Shown: positions 8,703 to 18,509 of the stretch, piece after piece
Layout: each line of letters starts with the position of its first letter
Numbering within the stretch: the first letter of the stretch is position 1
Source of the DNA: Nitrospinaceae bacterium
GTDB lineage: Bacteria; Nitrospinota; Nitrospinia; Nitrospinales; VA-1
Reading direction: 5' to 3'
NCBI GenBank assembly: GCA_046754465.1
Contig: JBHHVU010000002.1
Location: 59,614-123,613, forward strand
Length of the DNA stretch: 64,000 bases
Program-made: the position numbers and the translations under genes
The notes under the pieces: generated by a model
What the model was told of the DNA's origin: nothing
The model's database searches: none
What the model saw: only the letters and a program-made list of their open reading frames with translations

Positions 8703-10291
8703 ATGGACCCCAAAAAGATCGTGATTGTCGGTGGCGTTGCCGGCGGGGCTACAGCGGCCACGGCCACGCGCAGGTTGAGCGAAGATGCTGAAATCATCGT
8801 GTACGAACGGGGACCGCATGTATCTTTCGCCAATTGCGGGCTCCCCTATTATGTGGGCGGGGAAATTGAAAACAAAGATGCGCTGCTGGTTCAGACCCCG
8901 CAAAGCCCTCCAGGCCCGTTACAAACTGGATGTCCGTGTCCGGTCCACAGTGGTTTCCATAGATCGGCCGGGATGGCCATTTTACGGTGCGCAATGTGCC
9001 CGATGTCGAAGCGATTCTTTCCTGGGTCGAAAAGAAAAGAGCCCGGCGAGCCGTCGTGGTCGGTGGGGGGTATATCGGACTTGAAATGGCGGAACAACTT
9101 CACCAGCGCGGACTGGAAATCGCCGTCACGGAGGCCTTGCCGCAGGTGATGGCTCCCCTCGATGAAGAAATGGCGGCCTGGCTTTCCCACGAAATGCGGG
9201 AGCGGGGAATCGGTTTGTATCTAGGAAGCCCGGTGGCTGGTTTCGAGGCTCCGGCAGCGGATGAAATTGCCGCTGCCTCCATCGTCGTTTTGAAGAATGG
9301 GACCCGGCTGCCGGCGGATCTGGTCATCCTGGGCCTGGGTGTTCGGCCGGAGGTGAACCTCGCTCGGCAAGCCGGACTGGAAATCGGAAAACGGGGTGGC
9401 ATTCAGGTCAACGGCAGGATGCAGACTAGCGATCCGGATATCTGGGCCATCGGCGACGCAGTGGAGGTGCGGGACTGTGTGACGGGGGAATGGGGGCTCG
9501 TTCCTCTTGCGGGGCCTGCCAACCGCCAAGGCAGGCTGGTGGCGGAAAATATCTTTGGGGAGGAAATAACCTACACGGGAACCTGGGGAACCGCGATCTT
9601 GCGATTGTTCGATCTAGCCGCGGGATGCACCGGAGCCAATGAAAAAACTTTGCGCCGCATGCAGCGATCTTTTCAAGCCGTTCATTTGCATCCCTATTCG
9701 CATACGGATTATTACCCCGGCGCAAAGCGGATGGCGCTCAAAATACTTTTCGATCCGGAGTCCGGAAAACTGCTCGGCGCGCAGGCCGTGAGCACGGAAG
9801 GGGTGGACAAACGGATCGATGTCTTCGCGACAGCCCTCAAGGCGGGGATGACGGTGCATGATCTGGTGGACCTGGAATTGTCCTACGCGCCTCCTTTCGG
9901 GTCGGCCAAGGACCCGGTCAACCTCGCGGGCATGATCGCCCAGCATGTATTGGCCCGTGAGATCGTGTCCCTGCAATGGTATGAGGTCCGGGATCTGGAC
10001 CCGGAAAAGTCGGTGCTCCTGGATGTTCGGAACCCGGAGGAACGAGAGAACGGATTCATTCCCGGTTCCCGTCATATTCCCCTTCACCAGCTTCGGGAGA
10101 GACTGGGAGAACTCCCCAGAGACCGGGAAATCGTCTGCTACTGCGAGACCGGACAGCGTTCCTATTTTGCCTGCCGCATTCTGGGCCAACACAAGTTCCG
10201 GGTTCGTAATTTGATGGGGGCCTACCGGACCTGGAAAATTGCTCAATCCTCCCAAGGGGAGGATTCGGCACAGATGCAGAGGGGCGGGTGA
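8703..10291 (+). pseudogene. CoA-disulfide reductase / NADH-dependent persulfide reductase with C-terminal rhodanese domain, disrupted by two frameshifts and an internal deletion
   Basis: N-terminus MDPKKIVIVGGVAGGATAATATRR ... SFANCGLPYYVGG carries the FAD fold and the redox-active Cys. The reading frame shifts +1 near 8908 (C-run agccctcc) and again near 8965. About 36-45 aa, including the conserved LILSPGA region, are missing before VVVGGGYIGLEM. The downstream part is intact through the rhodanese domain (CYCETGQRS). Confidence 0.6.
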
Positions 10292-10292
10292 A

Positions 10293-10865
10293 ATGAATAA
10301 AAATGTCGAGGTGCGCTGTTCCTGGACCGGGCAGGACCCCTTGATGGTGGAATATCATGATAAAGAATGGGGCGTGCCCGTTCATGACGACCGGACCCTG
10401 TTTGAGTTTTTGATCCTGGAAGGGGCGCAAGCCGGGTTGAGTTGGAGCACCGTCCTCAAAAAGCGGCAGAATTTCCGCCGGGCGTTCGATCATTTTGATC
10501 CACCAAAAATATCCCGATATGGCGAGAAGGATAAAAAACGGTTGCTTGCCGACGCGGGCATCATCCGCAACCGGTTGAAGATCGACGCGGCGATTTCCAA
10601 CGCGCGAAGTTATCTTAAAGTTCAGGATGAATGCGATTCATTCCATCGATATATCTGGCAATTTGTTGGCGGAAAACCCATAAAAAATAAATTCAAGAGC
10701 CTGTCCGCGGTTCCCGCGATTTCCCCCGAATCGGAAGCCATGAGCAAGGACCTCAAGAAAAGAGGATTTCGTTTCGTGGGGCCGGCCATCTGCTATGCGT
10801 TCATGCAGGCCGTCGGCATGGTCAACGACCACACAGTTGATTGTTTCAGGCACGGAGAAGTTTAA
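10293..10865 (+). CDS. tag: DNA-3-methyladenine glycosylase I
   Basis: YHDKEWGVPVHDDRTLFEFLILEGAQAGLSWSTVLKKR and the C-terminal FRFVGPAICYAFMQAVGMVNDH match the Tag family. ATG at 10293 is 1 nt after the upstream stop. Confidence 0.85.
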   Translation: MNKNVEVRCSWTGQDPLMVEYHDKEWGVPVHDDRTLFEFLILEGAQAGLSWSTVLKKRQNFRRAFDHFDPPKISRYGEKDKKRLLADAGIIRNRLKIDAAISNARSYLKVQDECDSFHRYIWQFVGGKPIKNKFKSLSAVPAISPESEAMSKDLKKRGFRFVGPAICYAFMQAVGMVNDHTVDCFRHGEV

Positions 10866-10943
10866 ATTCAGTTTGTTGGAAAATCTTTTTTTACCGGCGG
10901 TCGGGGATGAAGAAAAGAACGGCGGGGTTTTAAAAAAGAAAAA

Positions 10944-10975
10944 CCTCCCCGCTGTGAAGCCGCGGGAAGGTTTTT
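10944..10975 (+). terminator. Rho-independent (bidirectional) terminator between convergent tag and peroxiredoxin genes
   Basis: Hairpin cctccccgc-tgtgaagcc-gcgggaagg followed by TTTTT on the + strand, and preceded by an A-run so it reads T-rich on the - strand. Confidence 0.5.
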
Positions 10976-10992
10976 GATGGTTTGCGGAGGGT

Positions 10993-11466
10993 TCAGGAAA
11001 AAGCCTTTTTCGCTACATTCAACAGACTGTCCAGGGGGCGGCAACCGAGCAGTTCCGCGTCTTCACGAGCGAGTTGTTCTCCGTTCGCGTCCACGGCGAT
11101 GGTGGAGCGATTGAGGTAGCGGCTCCTCACCCCTTCCAGGTTTAATTTGTTGGCTTTGGCGAAACCCAGGTCGGCGTCCTGGAGCAGGTTGGGAAGCCCG
11201 CGCCCCGCATTGGTCAGAATATCCGTTCCCACGACCACGAGCACTTCATCGGCGCCCGCTTCCCTAAACTTGCCCATATTCTCCTTGATCAAATCCAGTT
11301 CCTTGTTGCAGAACCCACCGGCCCCAGGCAAGGTCACAATGAGTCTTTTCCCTTGAAAATCACTTATCGAGACATTTTTTTCAAGTGGGGTTGAAGCCGC
11401 GTTTTCCACAGTCCAGTCGGGGTTCAGTTTGATCAATTTTTCATCGATACCGGGCAGCTTCGCCAT
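10993..11466 (-). CDS. Peroxiredoxin / thiol peroxidase (redoxin family)
   Basis: About 157 aa with the segment LIVTLPGAGGFCNKE placing a Cys in the position of the Prx5/redoxin peroxidatic PGAFTP.C motif. Start trimmed to MAKLPG. Confidence 0.65.
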   Translation of the reverse strand: MAKLPGIDEKLIKLNPDWTVENAASTPLEKNVSISDFQGKRLIVTLPGAGGFCNKELDLIKENMGKFREAGADEVLVVVGTDILTNAGRGLPNLLQDADLGFAKANKLNLEGVRSRYLNRSTIAVDANGEQLAREDAELLGCRPLDSLLNVAKKAFS

Positions 11467-11670
11467 AAGAAGGACCTCCATTTTTGGTAATTTTAGAGTA
11501 GCTATTTAGATGAGGAAACCCGTGTAAGGATGCAAAATTCTTCAAAAAACCATTCCGGAATCCGCCCGAAACCGGCCGCATTTTTTCCAGGGCAGGGTTT
11601 CATTCGCATTTGAACCCGGCATCTGATAGGCTTTGAAATTGCCATGCTATTTAGAAGGAGATATCCAGTC

Positions 11671-13272
11671 ATGAAATTTTACGGCAAATATATTGTGCCG
11701 GGGTTTATGCTTCTGGCTCTTTACGGATTTCAGTTGCCGTCCGCGAACGAATCCTCGGATAAGCCCAAGAGGCCGTTTTATGAATATCCGGGAAATTACG
11801 GGGATGAAGTCCTGCAACTCGAGAAAAAATTCAAGAGCGAGTTCGGCTATGATTTGGTCGAATTTGGAGAAGCCTGGAGGCCCGATCAAATCAAACGGCT
11901 CCATGCCGCCTTCGCCGAACTCCCCCCGGCGTTTTTTCATTTGAAGCCGCTCAAGGCGTTATACCGTCTCAGCCGATTCGTGGCCGGATCCGGCATGCCT
12001 TCCCCCGAGGAGGTTCCCGCGGCCACCTTGCCGAAATTTATGACGCTATACGATTTCAAGGAGCGGGCCTACAAGGTTTATGTGGGCAAGGGAGACCTTC
12101 GGGTCGAATTTTACAATCCCTTGTTCTATGAAAAAATGGAAAACTTGAAAAACATCATTCAGCATGAGATGGGCCACGGGTTTGATATGGCCAAGGGATT
12201 GTTGAGTTTTTCACCGGAATGGATATCGATTTCCAAATTTCACATCATTCATTTGCCGGCGATGGATGGTAAACCCGACAGTGATTTTCTTTTTACCCTT
12301 CTGAATGACCCTGGCGTGGACAATTATGCGCCAATCGCTCTCCGGCATCTGCCGACCTATTCCCGGCAAAACATTCAGGAGGATTTTGCCAATTCGGTCA
12401 CCGCTTACATGCATTACCCTTATTTCCGTTACACCCATCCCGCCCGCTACCGGTTCATGAAGGAACGGGTCTTCGCGGGAAAGGAGTACTTTCCCGCAAT
12501 CGGGGAGGCGGAGGGTTTCCGGGGAAAAGTCCTTGCCGATTTCAGGGAGGCCCTGGAAAAAAAAGAATGGGACCGGGTCCGGGGGATTATCCTGGAAGTC
12601 AGCCGCGGCTATTATCCCGAAGTGGACGAGGAGATGGTTCTTGGGCTTCGGGAGGTTTTGGGAGGGGACCCCTCGCCGGAAAAGGATTTGAAACTGGGTT
12701 TGGCCAGTTGTTTTCTTCTGGACCCGGGAGCGTTGGAATTGAGGCGGGATCTGGGCCGCCAGAAACGGGTGGAGATAAAAAAGTTTTTAAAGAACGAGCG
12801 CTGTTTCCGGGTGGGCAGGAGTAACTTTCAAAAAAACCTTGTGAAATGGGCTCCGCAAAATGTTTTCTTTTTCCGCGAAAAAGGACGCGATACCCTGCAA
12901 TTCCTGGATCCTGTTCTGGGAGTGGCTCACGCCCGTGGATACAAGACCCAATATTCGTGGAAAATCTTCCTGCAGGGCGGCGAAACACGGCCCCTGGCGC
13001 GGGGGAACCTTACCTTGACAGATGGAGGACCGGGTTCGGTAAAAGTGGATCTCAAAAAAAGCGCGGAAAAGGATTTCGTGCTGCCCCCGGGAAGGCCCCT
13101 GGTTCTGGAACTTGGAGCCAAGCGCATTCACTCCCGCCGGTTTAACATCTTTGATTCCGCCCCGGCACGGATCCACTTCGTAGTGCAGCCCTGGTTCAAG
13201 TACCAAGGACCCGATGAGCCCAGGATTCGGGTGATCTATCCCCTGGGCTCCTCCTATCAGCATCAGAATTAG
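11671..13272 (+). CDS. Secreted hypothetical protein with zinc-metallopeptidase HExxH motif
   Basis: Strong RBS AAGGAG 8 nt upstream of ATG 11671. Signal peptide MKFYGKYIVPGFMLLALYGFQLPSA. Motif IIQHEMGHGFD (HEMGH). No recognisable family. Confidence 0.5.
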   Translation: MKFYGKYIVPGFMLLALYGFQLPSANESSDKPKRPFYEYPGNYGDEVLQLEKKFKSEFGYDLVEFGEAWRPDQIKRLHAAFAELPPAFFHLKPLKALYRLSRFVAGSGMPSPEEVPAATLPKFMTLYDFKERAYKVYVGKGDLRVEFYNPLFYEKMENLKNIIQHEMGHGFDMAKGLLSFSPEWISISKFHIIHLPAMDGKPDSDFLFTLLNDPGVDNYAPIALRHLPTYSRQNIQEDFANSVTAYMHYPYFRYTHPARYRFMKERVFAGKEYFPAIGEAEGFRGKVLADFREALEKKEWDRVRGIILEVSRGYYPEVDEEMVLGLREVLGGDPSPEKDLKLGLASCFLLDPGALELRRDLGRQKRVEIKKFLKNERCFRVGRSNFQKNLVKWAPQNVFFFREKGRDTLQFLDPVLGVAHARGYKTQYSWKIFLQGGETRPLARGNLTLTDGGPGSVKVDLKKSAEKDFVLPPGRPLVLELGAKRIHSRRFNIFDSAPARIHFVVQPWFKYQGPDEPRIRVIYPLGSSYQHQN

Positions 13273-13275
13273 GGT

Positions 13276-13698
13276 TCAGTCGATCTTCCGAACCATCCGG
13301 TAGGCCATGTTGAGGTGAGCGTATTTGGAAGGCCATACTTTTTGTCCGTCCTCATACTGAATGACGAGGGCGGAGGAATCCTTTTCGGCGGTGGTCCAGG
13401 TGGTTCCAGCGCTTCCCGGTTCGAAAACCGGATCCAGGTAAATTTCATCGCCGTATTTGTCGGAATTGGTCTTGTCGAGTTCAAACAGACTCCAGGCCTC
13501 TTCTTCGGTGGGGTAGCGCCAGTTCTCGTACCCCGCGATCCGTTCCAGATTGGAGATTTCCACATAGTCCTGCCCCTTGAACCAGTTGAGCCATTTTTGG
13601 GTGTCCTGGAAAGAGTCGGTTTTCCTCCACATCACATTCATTTTAAAATCCGTGACGGTTCCGTCACCATTATCCTTGAATCGTTTTCCGTTCGACAT
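13276..13698 (-). CDS. DUF1566 (Lcl C-terminal domain-like) family protein
   Basis: 140 aa. Blocks NGDGTVTD..MWRK..W.....GYENWRYPTEEE..SLF resemble the DUF1566 family. Convergent with the HExxH gene, 3 nt apart. Confidence 0.45.
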   Translation of the reverse strand: MSNGKRFKDNGDGTVTDFKMNVMWRKTDSFQDTQKWLNWFKGQDYVEISNLERIAGYENWRYPTEEEAWSLFELDKTNSDKYGDEIYLDPVFEPGSAGTTWTTAEKDSSALVIQYEDGQKVWPSKYAHLNMAYRMVRKID

Positions 13699-13707
13699 GA
13701 TCGAGTC

Positions 13708-15141
13708 CTATTCCTCCCTGTAATGGTCGAATGCCAAAAGCTTAATTTCCGTCATCTCCTCCAGGCTGTACCTGATGCCTTCCCGGCCGAAACCGGAGTC
13801 CTTCACTCCGCCGTAAGGCATATTATCCACCCTGAAAGTAGGAACGTCGTTGATGATGACCCCCCCGACCTCCAATCGATTGAAAGCCTGCAGAGATTTA
13901 TCCATCCGGGGGGTGAAAACGCCTGCCTGCAGCCCGTAGTCGGAGTTGTTGACGAGATCGAGGGCTTTCCTGAAATCGGAATACGGTTCGACGACGAGGA
14001 TGGGACCGAACGCCTCATTACAGGCGAGATCGGCGTTGGCGGGCACTCCGGTCAGAACCGTGGGTTCAAAAAAAGCGCCATCCCGTTTTCCCCCCGTTAA
14101 AACCCGGCCGCCGCCTTCCACCGCCTGGCAAGTCCACGTTTCGATCCGTTTGGCGTTATCCACATCGATCATGGGGCCGAAGTTGACGGTTTCGTCGAGA
14201 GGGTCGCCGGGTTGCAGCGTGTTCACTTCCTTGAGTAGCCGATCCATGAAGGGAGAAAAACGGGATTCGTGAACGTAACAGCGCTGGACGGATATGCAAA
14301 CCTGGCCGGAATAGGCGAAGGCGCCGGAGCAGATCTTTTTGGCGGCGAGGTCGAGATCAGCGTCGGGTTCGACGATCACCGCGGCATTCCCGCCCAGTTC
14401 CAGGGTCACCTTCTTTTTTCCGGCCCGGCGCTTCATGTCCCAGCCCACGGCGACGCTGCCGGTGAAGCTGATCATTTTTATCCGCGGGTCCTCGACCAGG
14501 GGGGAAGCGACTTTTCCGCTGCAGGGAAGAACGCTGAAACTGCCTTCGACCGCTTCGGTTTCGAGGACCACTTCCGCGAGAAGCAGGGCGGTCAGGGGCG
14601 TGGCCGAGGCGGGCTTGATGATGATAGGATTCCCACAGGCCAGGGCCGGCGCGACTTTATGGGCGATCAGGTTCAGTGGAAAATTGAAGGGTGAGATGCC
14701 CGCCACCGGTCCGATGGGAAACCGCCAGGTGATCCCCGTTTTTCCCCGTGCGGATTCGGAAATATCCAGGGTCAAAACCTCGCCGTTGATGCGTAAAGCC
14801 TCTTCCGAGGCTATGGTGAATGTGGAAATGGACCGTTGAACCTCCCCCTGGGCCAATACTAGGGGCTTTCCCGATTCACGGGCAAGGGTTCGGGCGAATT
14901 CCTCGGACCGGGAGCGGATCCCCTCGGCGACCTGGGAACAGATTCGGCCGCGGAGATAGGCGGGCTGTTTTCGCGTGGTTTGAAATGCTTTTTCCGCCAG
15001 AACGATGGCCTTTTCGATCGCATCGCCATCCGCCAGGCAGACTTCCCCGAACACCTCCTGGGTATAAGGGTTCACCACCGGGAGGGTCCGGCTGCCTTGA
15101 TGCCACGTGCCGCCAATCAGAAACTCGTATTTTTTCGTCAT
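13708..15141 (-). CDS. NAD(P)-dependent aldehyde dehydrogenase
   Basis: 477 aa ALDH-superfamily protein. Carries the conserved ELGGNA glutamate box and catalytic-Cys region (GQVCIS). Confidence 0.85.
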   Translation of the reverse strand: MTKKYEFLIGGTWHQGSRTLPVVNPYTQEVFGEVCLADGDAIEKAIVLAEKAFQTTRKQPAYLRGRICSQVAEGIRSRSEEFARTLARESGKPLVLAQGEVQRSISTFTIASEEALRINGEVLTLDISESARGKTGITWRFPIGPVAGISPFNFPLNLIAHKVAPALACGNPIIIKPASATPLTALLLAEVVLETEAVEGSFSVLPCSGKVASPLVEDPRIKMISFTGSVAVGWDMKRRAGKKKVTLELGGNAAVIVEPDADLDLAAKKICSGAFAYSGQVCISVQRCYVHESRFSPFMDRLLKEVNTLQPGDPLDETVNFGPMIDVDNAKRIETWTCQAVEGGGRVLTGGKRDGAFFEPTVLTGVPANADLACNEAFGPILVVEPYSDFRKALDLVNNSDYGLQAGVFTPRMDKSLQAFNRLEVGGVIINDVPTFRVDNMPYGGVKDSGFGREGIRYSLEEMTEIKLLAFDHYREE

Positions 15142-15168
15142 TGTCCGGTTCCCATCCCTGGTTTGGAA

Positions 15169-15420
15169 TTACCACCCCTGTCCCTTGACCCCGTAGGAGC
15201 GGCTGCCGGGTTTCCCTTTTTTCAGGTAATCTTCCAGGCTTTCCGTTCCCGGGCCGGGTTTGGATCCGGTGGATTCCGCGAGTTGATTTTCCAAGGCCCG
15301 CGCCACGAATTCCTTCAGGGCTTTTTCATTACCCTTGAAATGATCGTGCAGGCGTTGGTAGAGTTTTTGGTCCAGTTCTATCGTGAATTTCTTTTTCATG
15401 AAACGGTGATGGAAATCCAA
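15169..15420 (-). CDS. Small hypothetical protein, possible ribbon-helix-helix fold
   Basis: 83-aa ORF. The segment KKKFTIELDQKLYQRLHDHF..EFVARALEN resembles CopG/Arc RHH regulators. Codon usage is consistent with coding. Confidence 0.35.
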   Translation of the reverse strand: MDFHHRFMKKKFTIELDQKLYQRLHDHFKGNEKALKEFVARALENQLAESTGSKPGPGTESLEDYLKKGKPGSRSYGVKGQGW

Positions 15421-15469
15421 GTCCGGTGGCCGGGGATCGTATCCTGGGAATAAATTATTCTAAACCAAA

Positions 15470-17830
15470 TCAGGGCAGATGCAAAGACTGAGAAGGTTTC
15501 GAGGTGGATTTTCGAAACGGCGAAGCGGCATCTTCCTCCAGGGCAGGGGATTTTGAAGGCGCCTCCACCCAGCTCGCGGGTGAATGAGGGAGTTCGATCA
15601 CAAAAAGGGTGCCCTTGGGGAGGTTCTCCAGAACTTGGATGGTTCCGTTATGGTCGACGATGATGCGGTTAACAATGGCCAGCCCCAACCCGGTGCCCCG
15701 CTTTTTTGTGGTGAAATGGGGAAGAAACAATTTTTTTAGATCCTGTCCGGCGATCCCGACTCCATTGTCGGCAAATTCGATCCGCACGCGTTTTTCCTTG
15801 GAGTTCAACTGCGTCGTGATTTGGATCTGCCCCCCATCGTCCACCGCGTCGATCGCGTTTTCGAAGAGGTTGATAAACACCCGCCGGATTTGTTCGGAAT
15901 CCACGTTCATCAGGTAAATGTTCGGATCGTAATTTTTCCTGAGCGTGATTTTTTTCTCGTGGTTGGAATACAGGATCGAGACGTCGTCGATGATTTTGTG
16001 CAACGGGGTGGGTTTGGGGTTGGGCGTGGGCATGCGGGAAAAACGCAGGAACTCGTTGAGCAGGTCCTTCATCCCCGCGACCTCCTGGGAGATGATCTCG
16101 ATGCTTTCCTCGAAAATACGGGCGAAATCCTTTTTGTTTTCGTAAAACTTCTTTCGCAGCCGCTGGGTATTGAGTTGAATTGGGGTGAGTGGATTCTTGA
16201 TTTCATGGGCAATCCCCTGGGCCACTTCCTTCCAGGCGGCGATTTTCTGGGTTTTGATCATCTGGGTCAGGTCTTCAAAAACGATTACCAGGCCGAGATA
16301 CTTGTCACGGGTGTCCTTTAAAACCTGGATGTTCACCAAAAGGGTCAGGTTGCTTTCTCCCACCCGAATGTCCATTTGCTCCTCCAGGGACCCTTTCCGT
16401 TTTTCGCTCATCCGGAGGATCATCTTGCGGATGGGGTTGTGAAAGGAAGGATCGAAAGCGTCCTTGTAACTGGAACTGAAGACCTGTGCCGCGTTGATGC
16501 CGAGTATTTTTTCTGCGGCTTTGTTGAAGGTGGTGACACGCCCCTTTTTATCGACGGAAACCACCCCCGCGCCAATATGGACAAGGATCGTCTCGATGTA
16601 ATTCCGTCTGCGTTCGAGCTCGATATTGGTGGTCTTCAGGTCTTCGTGAGCGTGTTGAATGCGCCGTTGGCTTTCCTTCAATTCGGCGGTCATCTTGTTG
16701 AAGGATTGCACGAGGATGCCGATTTCGTCGCTCGCCCCCACTCTGATTTTAAAATCCAGGTCCCCTTCCGCGATTCTGCGGGTTCCTTCCGCGAGTTCCT
16801 GGATCGGAACGGTGATTCCCTTGGCCATGTAAATGCCCAGCCAGATGGCGGAAAACAGAATCAGCAGGGTGATCATGAGAAAGGTGATGTAATAACTGGC
16901 CGTCACCGGAAATTTTAAAAAACTTTGCTGTTTATAATCCTCGTAGGAGCTTTGGATGGCTTCGATTCTTCCCAGCGAATCCTGGGGAATGAGGCTTAAA
17001 TTCACAATATAGCCCCAGACGATCATCTTGTCTTCCAAGGGTTCCGTGAGCGGTTCCACCGCCACCAGAAATATGTTCCGGTTGGATGCCCGAATTTCCG
17101 AAACCCCTTCGCCCTCGACCGTTTTCTGGAGCAAATCCTGGTAATCCAGGTGGATCCCCTTGAGTTCCAGGGTTTTGTTGTATGCGGAGGTCACCTTCTT
17201 CCGTTGATTGTCGTAAATGATCAATCCGCCCAATCCATATTCATCGACCTTTTGCCGGACCAGTGCCTGAAGTTGTTTCCGGTTCTTTTGCAGGAACAAA
17301 TTGTCTTTGGTAATGAACCCTTCGATTTTTTTCGTTTGTAAAAGCGCGGCCTGCTCCAGATGGGAATAGTAATCCCGCGCCACATCCATCGACCGTTGCA
17401 GGGTTTGCTCCACCTGGAGGTTGAACCAGCTCCCGATACTATAGGTGAACAATTTGCTCGCGGTCGTAAAAAGTAGGATCGAAGGGACCATGACGAGGAT
17501 CAGGAAAGCCATGATGAGCTTGGTCTGAAACTTGGACCCGATGATCCGGCTCTTGCGCTCGTTGTAAAGTTTGACCAGATTCCTGGTGATGAGGACGATT
17601 AGGATAAAAAGCAGGATCAGGATGATGTTGAACAGCGCGAGGACCGCGATATTGTTCGCGATGGGAGCGGAGGTTTTCTGTTGCAGGAAATAGTTTTCGA
17701 TGGTGGTCAGGCTGACCAGCGAAACGAAAATGGCAGCAATGGTCCACCGGGCGCGCCGCCTTTTTCTTCGGTTCTGTTCTTCGGAGGGCAGGGGGGTCCG
17801 CGGTCTACTGATTGAAGGATCGGATGACAT
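15470..17830 (-). CDS. ntrY: Sensor histidine kinase, NtrY family (TM region, HAMP, PAS, HisKA, HATPase_c)
   Basis: 786 aa. H-box IAHEIKNPLTPIQLNTQRL is characteristic of NtrY. Multi-TM N-terminus, PAS segment and C-terminal ATPase domain are present. Confidence 0.8.
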   Translation of the reverse strand: MSSDPSISRPRTPLPSEEQNRRKRRRARWTIAAIFVSLVSLTTIENYFLQQKTSAPIANNIAVLALFNIILILLFILIVLITRNLVKLYNERKSRIIGSKFQTKLIMAFLILVMVPSILLFTTASKLFTYSIGSWFNLQVEQTLQRSMDVARDYYSHLEQAALLQTKKIEGFITKDNLFLQKNRKQLQALVRQKVDEYGLGGLIIYDNQRKKVTSAYNKTLELKGIHLDYQDLLQKTVEGEGVSEIRASNRNIFLVAVEPLTEPLEDKMIVWGYIVNLSLIPQDSLGRIEAIQSSYEDYKQQSFLKFPVTASYYITFLMITLLILFSAIWLGIYMAKGITVPIQELAEGTRRIAEGDLDFKIRVGASDEIGILVQSFNKMTAELKESQRRIQHAHEDLKTTNIELERRRNYIETILVHIGAGVVSVDKKGRVTTFNKAAEKILGINAAQVFSSSYKDAFDPSFHNPIRKMILRMSEKRKGSLEEQMDIRVGESNLTLLVNIQVLKDTRDKYLGLVIVFEDLTQMIKTQKIAAWKEVAQGIAHEIKNPLTPIQLNTQRLRKKFYENKKDFARIFEESIEIISQEVAGMKDLLNEFLRFSRMPTPNPKPTPLHKIIDDVSILYSNHEKKITLRKNYDPNIYLMNVDSEQIRRVFINLFENAIDAVDDGGQIQITTQLNSKEKRVRIEFADNGVGIAGQDLKKLFLPHFTTKKRGTGLGLAIVNRIIVDHNGTIQVLENLPKGTLFVIELPHSPASWVEAPSKSPALEEDAASPFRKSTSKPSQSLHLP

Positions 17831-18509
17831 GATTCAACCCCTTCGGGTTCTTACCCTTTTTTGACGGGGAGGGGGTATGAGACGCTTCCTTCAAGACCAG
17901 GGCCGGATCGATGCTGATGGCGGAGGTTTGTGCCCAGGTGGTTTCAAAATCATTAAAGGGAACGAAGAAAAAAAGATAATTGAAAGGAAACCAGAACCTG
18001 TCCATTTCAAGGTCCGCCTTGACCCGGACGTAGTATTTTTCATTCGGGTCCAACCGGTATATGGGCGTGATCGGAATATTTTGCAGTGTGAACATCAATT
18101 TTTGCAGGCGGTCTTTTTTCCGGGTAATGATTTTCCTTTTTACATTTTTCCCAACCTCGGAAAACTTGTAGATTTTTTTCAGGGAATCGTACTGAACGGT
18201 GTGACTCACGGTGTTGGACCGGATCAGGGAATCGGCCCAAAGGGAAACCTGTTGGCGCAATTCAATGTGGAAGGTGAAGGTCATGGGAACGCCGCTGTCG
18301 ATGGCTTCCTGAATTTTTCCGGAAAAACCATCGGTGAGAATGGCATTCATCGTCACATAGTTTCCCTGGGTGGCTACCCCCACGTTGACCATTTCGGGAG
18401 ACGCCGCCACCGCGGGCTGAACCCACGCCGACCAAGACAACAAAACTCCCGTCAGGATGCCCGTTAACCTCTTACCCCAAGGAATTTTCAGTACAGCCAA
18501 AAGGTCCAA
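17805..18509 (-). CDS. DUF4390-like periplasmic protein (commonly encoded upstream of ntrY)
   Basis: 234 aa with a signal peptide. Overlaps the ntrY start by 26 nt (operonic). Family assignment is from memory of the conserved DUF4390-ntrY pairing. Confidence 0.5.
   Translation of the reverse strand: MDLLAVLKIPWGKRLTGILTGVLLSWSAWVQPAVAASPEMVNVGVATQGNYVTMNAILTDGFSGKIQEAIDSGVPMTFTFHIELRQQVSLWADSLIRSNTVSHTVQYDSLKKIYKFSEVGKNVKRKIITRKKDRLQKLMFTLQNIPITPIYRLDPNEKYYVRVKADLEMDRFWFPFNYLFFFVPFNDFETTWAQTSAISIDPALVLKEASHTPSPSKKGKNPKGLNHVIRSFNQ

Noticed and set aside
13315-14100. Long + strand ORF (261 aa) spanning the DUF1566 and aldehyde dehydrogenase genes
   Set aside because: It is antisense to two well-supported genes and its Gly/Pro/Arg/His-rich composition is typical of a high-GC antisense frame.
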